Assembly (NCBI GenBank): GCA_016840425.1
Contig: JAEOSI010000060.1
Location: forward strand, 1 to 10,350
Length of the DNA stretch: 10,350 nucleotides
From: Candidatus Wukongarchaeum yapensis
GTDB taxonomy: Archaea; Asgardarchaeota; Wukongarchaeia; Wukongarchaeales; Wukongarchaeaceae
Direction of reading: 5' to 3'
A program made the position numbers and the translations under genes. Shown in pieces: positions 1-6,723 of the stretch; the first letter of the stretch is position 1, and the number at the start of each line of letters is the position of its first letter. The notes under the pieces are model-generated. The model saw nothing but the letters and a program-made list of their open reading frames with translations, was not told where the DNA came from and did no database searches.

Positions 1-323
1 CCATGTTTTGTCTCAGTTATTATCATTTTTTGTCTCATACGAATAATAGAGCGTGCTTCACGCAAAATAACTTCAACATGACTTGGAGGCTTATCAATCA
101 ACTTGGTAATACTACAAGCAAACTCTGAGGGAGAAACCTTTGTTAAATCGATAACGCGTCCCCCAGCCGTTGAAACAATTTTAGAAGTAACAACAAGAAC
201 ATCCCCCTCCTTAAACCCTCCAACATTTTTCTCAGCAGAACTAATTAAAATCTCAGAAACATCATCACCAATCTTTACAATCGGTGTAGGTAAAGGAAAT
301 AAACCTATCTCCATCATCTTCAT
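1..323 (-). CDS. cofE: Coenzyme F420-0:L-glutamate ligase, N-terminal part (truncated by the left window edge; not in the ORF track)
   Basis: Manual translation from ATG at 323 (alternative ATGs at 317 and 314): MKMMEIGLFPLPTPIVKIGDDVSEILISSAEKNVGGFKEGDVLVVTSKIVSTAGGRVIDLTKVSPSEFACSITKLIDKPPSHVEVILREARSIIRMRQKMIITETKHG. This carries the CofE hallmarks P-x-(V/I)-x-x-GDD, GD(V/I)LVV(T/A)SKIVS-x-A-x-GR and ITET(K/R)HG. An AGGGTTG purine tract precedes the start. Confidence 0.9.
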   Translation of the reverse strand, partial: MKMMEIGLFPLPTPIVKIGDDVSEILISSAEKNVGGFKEGDVLVVTSKIVSTAGGRVIDLTKVSPSEFACSITKLIDKPPSHVEVILREARSIIRMRQKMIITETKH

Positions 324-620
324 CAACCCTAAAAACCGAAAAACCAGCCCCTATTTAAAAACTATAACATTATTTATAATGGGATAAATAACAAATCCTT
401 ACCAAAAAACGACTGAAAACATCAAAAAATGCTAAAAAATGAAGATTAAGAAAGAATAGTCAGATTAAATTAAAGATATTAAGAAGCTTTTAACTATTTT
501 AAAAGATTAAAAAAGAGAAAGAAAAGCTAAGTGCTTTTTTTTGCTATTTTCTTGATTTTTCTACTTACACTCAGCTTTAAAGCAGTCATTATCATTATTT
601 AAGATGTTTTAATTTTTGTT

Positions 621-1610
621 TTAGCCGAATTTGGGCTTGATGCTTTCACCAAAGATCTCTAAGGCTCTCTTCTTTTTCACACCTATCGGACTGCCTACCA
701 CGAACTGTGTTACGCCTGCCTTTTCCAGCGCTTTTATCCGGTCTATGCAGTCGTCCGCTTTTCCAGCCACTGCAAAAGCGTTAATCATATCTTCAGTTAC
801 ACTTCCGAAAGCCGTGCCGAAATCACCTTTTGCAATTGCATCCTTTATTTTATCTGCATCGCTTACGGCTATACCATGGTGTTCTAAGACGGGAGGCGGC
901 GAACCAGCTACTATAAACGCAACCACGGATGAAGCTTCTTTTCTTGCAGCTGCCGCATCATCATCTACTGAGAAACACGTATAACCTACAACATCGACAT
1001 CGCTTAAAGATTTGCCAGCAGCTTCGCAACCTTCTTTTATATTAGGCAAAGCTACATCAAAATCTTTCGGACTTGAAGCATTAATCAAAACGCCCTCGCC
1101 ATATTGGGCTGCTGTTTTAAGCATTTTTGGTCCCTGAGCACCTATATAAATCGGGATACTTCTTTTGGTTTTAAAGTTAAATTTCGCGCCAGAAATCTCG
1201 AAAACTTGACCCTTCAGTTTAGACTTTTCGTTGTTAAGGAGCGTGCGGATTATTTGAACCGCTTCTTTAACCGCAGTTAGGGGTTTTGTCCAAGGAATAC
1301 CTAACTGTGCTAGGGTGGCCTTATCACCTGCTCCAATACCGAAGACAGCTCTACCGTCTGAAACTTCATCTATAGAAGCTATTGCGGCAGCCGTCCAGCA
1401 AGGATTGCTAGTATAAGGGTTAGTTACACCAGTACCGAGAAGCAGTTTTGAAGTTTGAGCGGCGATAGCGCCTAAGGAAACATACACGTTACGGTTGTTA
1501 TAGTGATCAGTCACCCAACAGAATTCAAAACCTCTTTGCTCTGCATCAACCGCAGTTCCTACTAATTTCTCAATTTTAGTTGCAGGCAATAACTCTATTC
1601 CAAATTTCAT
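621..1610 (-). CDS. mer: F420-dependent 5,10-methylene-tetrahydromethanopterin reductase (luciferase-like TIM barrel)
   Basis: 329 aa with the Mer motifs MKFGIE, W(V/I)[47 protein letters not shown] and [21 protein letters not shown] lies 10 nt upstream. Confidence 0.95.
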   Translation of the reverse strand: MKFGIELLPATKIEKLVGTAVDAEQRGFEFCWVTDHYNNRNVYVSLGAIAAQTSKLLLGTGVTNPYTSNPCWTAAAIASIDEVSDGRAVFGIGAGDKATLAQLGIPWTKPLTAVKEAVQIIRTLLNNEKSKLKGQVFEISGAKFNFKTKRSIPIYIGAQGPKMLKTAAQYGEGVLINASSPKDFDVALPNIKEGCEAAGKSLSDVDVVGYTCFSVDDDAAAARKEASSVVAFIVAGSPPPVLEHHGIAVSDADKIKDAIAKGDFGTAFGSVTEDMINAFAVAGKADDCIDRIKALEKAGVTQFVVGSPIGVKKKRALEIFGESIKPKFG

Positions 1611-1620
1611 AGCGATTTTT

Positions 1621-1626
1621 CCTCCT
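1621..1626 (-). promoter_or_regulatory. Shine-Dalgarno site of mer
   Basis: cctcct on the + strand is AGGAGG on the - strand, 10 nt before the ATG at 1610. Confidence 0.75.
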
Positions 1627-1849
1627 TATTTAACAAGTTTTAAAATTTTTAGAAAAATATTTTCAGCATTTTCTAATTTGCGCGCCTTTTTTTAATTTTT
1701 TCGATTTTTACGCGAGAATTTAACACTTTATTTTTTCAAAAAAAGAGTTTTCAGCGACTATTTAGGCAAATAAGGATTATTAAAGGTTAAAAATGTTTCG
1801 GCAAAAAATAGGTTATAGAAGGGAAAATCGAACAAAAAAATAAACATTT

Positions 1850-1951
1850 TTAAGATTCGAATAGTTCAAGAAGTTCTTTTTCGTATTTTTCTTTCAGTTC
1901 TTCAAGTTTTATTTTCACTTCAGGATTGTTCGGCGTTTTTAAACAGGTCAA
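1850..1951 (-). CDS. Candidate 33-aa small protein or pseudogene remnant
   Basis: TTG start, translation (M)TCLKTPNNPEVKIKLEELKEKYEKELLELFES-TAA. It has an amphipathic E/K/L helix pattern and purine-rich codons like the real genes here. No clear RBS and no ATG start. Confidence 0.3.
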   Translation of the reverse strand: MTCLKTPNNPEVKIKLEELKEKYEKELLELFES

Positions 1952-2139
1952 AAGATTTACAGCGTTTATTCAAACCTAAAAAAACGGGGTATTTTTCAGT
2001 TAATTGATTTAAAAATAACTCTATAAATTGAGAATAGGTTTTTCTAAAAACGCCAAAAATCAACTTTAATTTGGGATAAATGATTATGTGAATTGTTCTG
2101 CCCTTAAGGAAGGGTTTTCTTATATCTTAATTATTAAAA

Positions 2140-4401
2140 TTATTTTAGATATGCAGTCTTTTGATAGGGCTTTATGCTTTTTTTAGTAAGTAGAATAAAT
2201 GCTAAGATAAATAAGAGGGCAAAAGTCCCTGAAATTGCTGTCCCGATTAACCCTATCGTTCCTTCCTGAATTGCAAAAAATATAGACGTGGCTATTAATA
2301 CTGTCGCTAGAATCAGGGTAAGAAGCGGGACGTACTTTGGCATTTCAATCTTAGAACGGCGGAAAAATATCTCTATCGGTTTTTTCTGTATGAATATTCT
2401 TTCAACAGTTTTTCCTAGCTTAACTTCCTCGCTCCCTACCTTTAGACTAAATTCTATATTGAGGGGGAAGTCTCCGAGTGCTAAAGGTTTAGCCTGGAAC
2501 TTTATCTCCTTTTTTTTCCTCTCTAATATCTCCTTTATTCTTATTTTTAAGCCGGTTGGGATTATTTTTAAAGCTGTGCATGCAGGCATGATTTTAATAA
2601 CCCCTTCAGAAACTATTTCTGGATTGATTTTTTCCATTTCTAAAGCTTCTGGAGGTTTTTTAATGGAAATTCCGATCTCGTAATCTCCTTTTATGGCCAT
2701 CCTCTGCCAATAAATTATTTCGCAGTGTTCCTTAATCATCTTCCTCAATTTTTCAGCAATAGCTTCTAATTCAGCTCCTTCCTCCAGCATACTAGGAGTA
2801 GTAATAACCTCTTCCTCCTCTTCTTTAACCTTTTCAGCGGCCATAATCTCCTCTTCAGGGACTTCCCTCTCAACTATTTCTTCTTCTCCTATGGTCTCCA
2901 TAACCTCCTCTTTTTCAACAACTTCTATGGCCTCCTCCACAGGAGCTTCTTCCAGTTCCTCTTCTTCCCCTATTTCTAATATTTCCTCTTTTGGTTGCCA
3001 AACAATTTTCTCTTCTCTCATCATTGATAGGGCTTTGGTAAGATCTTTTGATAGTGTTTTCATTTGCTCTTTAAGCATATCAGTATCCTCAGAAGAGGAA
3101 AGAAGGGGCGTAATTATGCGAGGAGTAGTTTCAGGGATAGAAGTTTCAATTTCCCCAAGAGAAGGTTCTGCACCTATTTTTATGGAGACAAAAACATTGC
3201 TTATCGGATACTCTATGCTTAAAACGTGTTCAAGCTCAATAGCCTCTTCTCCCACATAGTAATCTTTTTGAATCTTCTCCATTTCAGGAAGCATCGTCTC
3301 GATTTTTGGATAACCTACCAACGTAGGCATAACTACCCTAGGTCTATTTTCCCCAGAAAAACCTGCTTTTGTGATATCAGCTCCTATATCCAATATAATC
3401 GGGACTTCAAAAGTTTCAGCTATCTTTTCAGTTTCAGGATCAGGAGACGTGCTCATAATCGTTTGAAACCTTTTCTCTTCAATTATCGAAACGCCCTTCT
3501 CCTCAAATGCTTTCTTTGTTATCCATAACCTGTTTGATGTTTTAATGGAAGTAAGAATGCTTGCGCCAACCCACTCTCCATGTTGAGATTCTGCGGGTGC
3601 AAGAATTTTAGCCTTGTAATTTTTAGGCAAAAGCCTTTTTAATTCCTTTAAAAGCCTCTCCTTCAAACCTGGTAAAGCACTTATTTCCCCAGAAACTACG
3701 ACTGATTCCACGATTTCTTTACGTAGATCATCATCACATCTATCCACTGCTTCCACTATCGCTTCAGGCAGCGATTTTTCGTCGATTTCACCTATAGAGG
3801 GGGTGAAAAGGATTTCGGGTGCCATAAATCGTTCAGCATTAAGCGTTATTATCTCCCCAAAAGGAGTCTCATAAACCTTTTCTATAGCCTCGGGTTTTTC
3901 CGCAATTTTAACTTCTTCATCAAAGTCTAAAGATACATAACAAAACTTTTCCTTAATATCTTTCAAAAATCTCTTTTCTGGACCCGTTGTAAATAACATA
4001 CCTTTTTCGCCCAGAAGTTTTTCAAGAGTTTTCGTAATTGTTTTACCACCAAGTTTAAGAGAAACCATGGCTTCAACTATCGGCCTTGCATCTTTAATAG
4101 GCACAATTTCAGTAAAGTCTTCCCCTATATTAACGATAATACCTGTAACTTTCCCTGTACTAAAAAGCGCAAGAACGTTTTTATCCAGCAACATTACTGC
4201 AGGAACATTTATTCTTTCAAAACAAAACCTTACCAAGGTTTCTCTTTCGCTTTTCGTAATCATCACGGAGTCTGGGAAAACGAGGGGATGAAGAGTAGAT
4301 TCCACACGAAAGGTTTCTTGAAGAATATAGTTGATCATTTGCTCTAAAGCATCCCAATTTTTAATAGCTCTAACAGGGAAAACCTTACTTATCGCCATCA
4401 C
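2140..4401 (-). CDS. Circularly permuted, membrane-anchored actin-related protein (actin fold + acidic stalk + predicted beta-sandwich + 2 TM helices)
   Basis: aa ~7-312 match actin ~68-375: NWDALEQM~NWDDMEKI, FERINVPA~FETFNVPA, DIKEKFCYVSLDF~DIKEKLCYVALDF, ERFMAPEILFTP~ERFRCPETLFQP, WITKKAFEEKGVSIIEEKRF~[20 protein letters not shown]. aa 334-401 match actin ~7-72: IILDIGADITKAGFSGENRPRVVMPTLVG~[29 protein letters not shown], and QKDYYVGEEA...LSIEYPI~QKDSYVGDEA...LTLKYPI. Hydrophobic segments occur at aa ~691-710 and ~715-738. Start is GTG 4401 or ATG 4398, after GAGGGTTGA. Confidence 0.9.
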   Translation of the reverse strand: MMAISKVFPVRAIKNWDALEQMINYILQETFRVESTLHPLVFPDSVMITKSERETLVRFCFERINVPAVMLLDKNVLALFSTGKVTGIIVNIGEDFTEIVPIKDARPIVEAMVSLKLGGKTITKTLEKLLGEKGMLFTTGPEKRFLKDIKEKFCYVSLDFDEEVKIAEKPEAIEKVYETPFGEIITLNAERFMAPEILFTPSIGEIDEKSLPEAIVEAVDRCDDDLRKEIVESVVVSGEISALPGLKERLLKELKRLLPKNYKAKILAPAESQHGEWVGASILTSIKTSNRLWITKKAFEEKGVSIIEEKRFQTIMSTSPDPETEKIAETFEVPIILDIGADITKAGFSGENRPRVVMPTLVGYPKIETMLPEMEKIQKDYYVGEEAIELEHVLSIEYPISNVFVSIKIGAEPSLGEIETSIPETTPRIITPLLSSSEDTDMLKEQMKTLSKDLTKALSMMREEKIVWQPKEEILEIGEEEELEEAPVEEAIEVVEKEEVMETIGEEEIVEREVPEEEIMAAEKVKEEEEEVITTPSMLEEGAELEAIAEKLRKMIKEHCEIIYWQRMAIKGDYEIGISIKKPPEALEMEKINPEIVSEGVIKIMPACTALKIIPTGLKIRIKEILERKKKEIKFQAKPLALGDFPLNIEFSLKVGSEEVKLGKTVERIFIQKKPIEIFFRRSKIEMPKYVPLLTLILATVLIATSIFFAIQEGTIGLIGTAISGTFALLFILAFILLTKKSIKPYQKTAYLK

Positions 4402-4560
4402 TCAACCCTCAAAATAGGAGTAGGTGAACTCCTCAATTCCTTAATCATTTCAAATAAACACTAAACTAAAATCTATGCCTTGGCTAAACCCTACCTAAAC
4501 TATTGTTTATCTAAGTCTCCTTTATTAATCTTTTTAAGTTTATTTACCTTACAAAACCTT

Positions 4561-4600
4561 AAAAAAATCCACAAAATAAAATTAGGAGAAAGAAGAAGTT
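4561..4600 (-). terminator. Possible archaeal oligo-T terminator downstream of nadC
   Basis: Minus strand reads ...cttcttctttctcctaattttattttgtggattttttt, a pyrimidine/T-rich tract about 80-120 nt after the nadC stop. Confidence 0.3.
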
Positions 4601-4678
4601 TGTGATCTACCAGTTTATCGCCTTTAAAACTTATTATCAATTTTTTAAAAACCAGTTTCTAAGTTTTTTCATATGGAA

Positions 4679-5527
4679 TTAAACGGGTTCAAGTTTTAGG
4701 GAGAAATCAAGGGCTGGGGCTGAATGTGTAATACACCCCATAGAAATCACGTCGACACCCGTTTTCCCAAACTCAGCAATATTTTCGAGAGTTACGTTAC
4801 CAGAAACTTCAATAATCACTTTATCACGCAAATTTTCTTGGCTGATAAGCTTCAAAGTTTCCCTTATTTTTTCTGGTGGAAAATTGTCAAGCATTACTAT
4901 ATCTGCTCCCGCCTTAATCGCGGTTAAAGCATCTTCAGAACTCTCTACTTCTACTTCTACTTTTTTCACAAAACTTATCCTTTTTTTTACTTCTCCAACC
5001 GCTTTTGCTACGTCGCCTATAATGGCTAAATGGTTTGTTTTAATCAAAACACAGTCATCAAGCCTATATCTGTGTGTATCTCCCCCTCCATTTTCTACCG
5101 CTTTTTTTTCCATAAAATGCATATCTGGTAACGTTTTCCTTGTGGCAGCTACGCGGGTATTTAAACCTAATTTTTTTAATTCCGAAACTGCTAGGAAGGT
5201 TAAAGTAGCAATGCCAGACAGATGCATTAAAAGATTTAAAGCGACACGCTCTCCTAAAAGGATAGATTTTGCAAGTCCCTCAAGCTCCATTACTTTCTCC
5301 TCTGAAACAACCTTATCTCCATCAAACTTTAAAACACGCACCTTAACACCCAATAACTCAAACAGTCTTGAGGCATATCTTACCCCAGATAAAACCCCCT
5401 CCGACTTAGAAATGATATAACCTCGAGTTTTTTCGCCTTCAGAAATCACGATATCCGACGTTAAATCGCAAAAACCCACATCTTCCTCTAAAAAACGAAG
5501 AAGCAACTGATCAATTATGGGGTTCAT
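4679..5527 (-). CDS. nadC: Nicotinate-nucleotide diphosphorylase (carboxylating), i.e. quinolinate phosphoribosyltransferase
   Basis: 282 aa with L-x-EDVG-x-x-DLTS, LLGERVALN, ATRKT-x-P, HRYRLDDCVLIKTNH, VEVEV, ADIVMLDNF, IEVSGNVT and GVDVISMG-x-ITHSAPALDFSL. AGGAGA RBS at 5537-5542. Confidence 0.96.
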   Translation of the reverse strand: MNPIIDQLLLRFLEEDVGFCDLTSDIVISEGEKTRGYIISKSEGVLSGVRYASRLFELLGVKVRVLKFDGDKVVSEEKVMELEGLAKSILLGERVALNLLMHLSGIATLTFLAVSELKKLGLNTRVAATRKTLPDMHFMEKKAVENGGGDTHRYRLDDCVLIKTNHLAIIGDVAKAVGEVKKRISFVKKVEVEVESSEDALTAIKAGADIVMLDNFPPEKIRETLKLISQENLRDKVIIEVSGNVTLENIAEFGKTGVDVISMGCITHSAPALDFSLKLEPV

Positions 5528-5589
5528 AGTCCATAATCTCCTTAAGCTTAGTTAAAAGGGTGTTAAGAACTTGGAACAAACATAATGTG

Positions 5590-5641
5590 TAAGAGACTCT
5601 TCTATCGCTTTAATATAAGAGACTCCTCTATTGGTTTAATA
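5590..5641. repeat. 26-bp tandem direct repeat (2 copies, 23/26 identical) between nadA and nadC
   Basis: taagagactcttctatcgctttaata (5590-5615) followed immediately by taagagactcctctattggtttaata (5616-5641). Confidence 0.9.
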
Positions 5642-5649
5642 CATGTTTT

Positions 5650-6582
5650 TTAGCTGCTTAGTTTTAACATTTTTTTGATCGCTTTTTCTACCTTTTCCGC
5701 TATTTCTTCAGGAACTGAAATGATTTTGTTTTCTTTTTCTAGAACTTCTACTATCTTTTCTAAGTTGATTCTTTTCATTTGGCGGCATATTGCTGTAGAT
5801 AAGGCGGGAATAACCTTTTTTCCGGGTAATGTATACTGTAATCTTTCAATAAGCCCGATTTCGGTAGCAATTATAACGGTTTCGCTATCTGTTTCTTTGG
5901 CAAATTTTATGAGTTGGGCGGTACTTCCAATAAAGTCTGCAATTTGTTGAAGTTCAGGATCACATTCAGGATGAACTGCAAGAACAGAATTTTCATAACT
6001 ATCTTTTAAATCTAATACCCTATCAATTTCAAACGTTTTATGAACGTAACAATAACCTTTCTTGGGATAGTTTATCACTTTCACGCCTGACTTTTGAGCG
6101 GCAAACCATCCTAAATTAGCATCTGGGCCAAAAAGAACCTTGTTATCTTTAGCAACCGCTTTAGCGATTTTAGGCGCATTAGAGCTTGTACAAATCACAT
6201 CACACTCAGCTTTAGTCTCGGCAAGAGTGTTAATGTAAGCAACAAAAGGTATGTTTGGATGCTCTTCTTTAGCGCGAATTACTTCTTTTGGAGGCAGTTG
6301 AGCAGCCATGGGACAACGTGCACTTAAATCCGGTAAAAGAACGCTTTTATCAGGGTTCAGAATGCTCGCGGTTTCGGCCATGAAATCAACGCCACAAAAG
6401 CATATAATATCCGCATCATGAGCGTTTTGAGCAGTTCTTGCAAGTTCCAAGCTATCTCCCACAAAATCTCCCACTTGCTGAACCTCGAAAGGTTGATAGT
6501 TGTGAGCCAAAATGATGGCGTTTTTCTCCTCTTTCAACTGATAAATTTTCTCTTGAAGCTTCTGTATCTGTAAAGTTTGCAT
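5650..6582 (-). CDS. nadA: Quinolinate synthase A ([4Fe-4S])
   Basis: 310 aa with ILAHNYQ, GDSLELA, FCGVDFMAETA, CPMA, AYINT, CTSSNA, FGPDANLG, CYVH, HPEC, GSTAQL, TEIGL and C-x-x-MKRI. The three cluster-ligating cysteines are present. Confidence 0.96.
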   Translation of the reverse strand: MQTLQIQKLQEKIYQLKEEKNAIILAHNYQPFEVQQVGDFVGDSLELARTAQNAHDADIICFCGVDFMAETASILNPDKSVLLPDLSARCPMAAQLPPKEVIRAKEEHPNIPFVAYINTLAETKAECDVICTSSNAPKIAKAVAKDNKVLFGPDANLGWFAAQKSGVKVINYPKKGYCYVHKTFEIDRVLDLKDSYENSVLAVHPECDPELQQIADFIGSTAQLIKFAKETDSETVIIATEIGLIERLQYTLPGKKVIPALSTAICRQMKRINLEKIVEVLEKENKIISVPEEIAEKVEKAIKKMLKLSS

Positions 6583-6709
6583 GGTAGAAACCTCTGGACA
6601 TCCTGTTAACTTTTATAGTAACTTTTAAAACAAGTTAGGGCTAACATTAATATCCGACTAAAAAATAAAAATATCACCATTTATAGATATCTTTCGCTTT
6701 AAAAGTTTA

Positions 6710-6715
6710 AGGAGG
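6710..6715 (+). promoter_or_regulatory. Shine-Dalgarno site of the FrhB/FpoF-like gene
   Basis: AGGAGG 8 nt upstream of the ATG at 6724. Confidence 0.75.
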
Positions 6716-6723
6716 ATTACTAA

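Noticed and set aside
103-387. 94-aa plus-strand ORF from the track
   Set aside because: It is the antisense shadow of the cofE 5' region, which has clear family motifs on the minus strand.
521-545. AAAAGC-TAAGT-GCTTTT hairpin with a T-run between mer and cofE
   Set aside because: The stem is weak and AT-rich, and the T-run is on the strand opposite to mer, so it is not supportable as a terminator.
631-984. 117-aa plus-strand ORF, plus similar antisense ORFs at 4724-4927, 4884-5420, 5675-5950, 6720-6947, 7038-7331, 7533-7811 and 9423-9731
   Set aside because: All overlap well-supported genes on the opposite strand and look like shadow ORFs.
2288-4291. Plus-strand ORFs 2288-2683, 2891-3259, 3226-3528 and 4067-4291
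   Set aside because: They are antisense to the actin-related gene and have no recognisable motifs.
4398-4448. 16-aa upstream ORF (MIKELRSSPTPILRVE) overlapping the actin start as TGATG, and a 6-bp hairpin AGGAGT/ACTCCT at 4416-4433
   Set aside because: It could suggest translational coupling or RBS control, but it is very short, has no RBS of its own and the stem is weak; it cannot be distinguished from chance.
4402-4678. Possibility that the missing actin N-terminus lies upstream behind a frameshift, making the gene an ordinary actin
   Set aside because: An in-frame TGA directly precedes the GTG start. I found no DxGS/KAG motif upstream on the minus strand, and the N-terminal block is present downstream within the same ORF.
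5590-5641. CRISPR interpretation of the 26-bp repeat or of the repeats in the poly-Glu gene
   Set aside because: The units are directly adjacent without unique spacers (or are coding), there are only two copies, and no cas genes are present.
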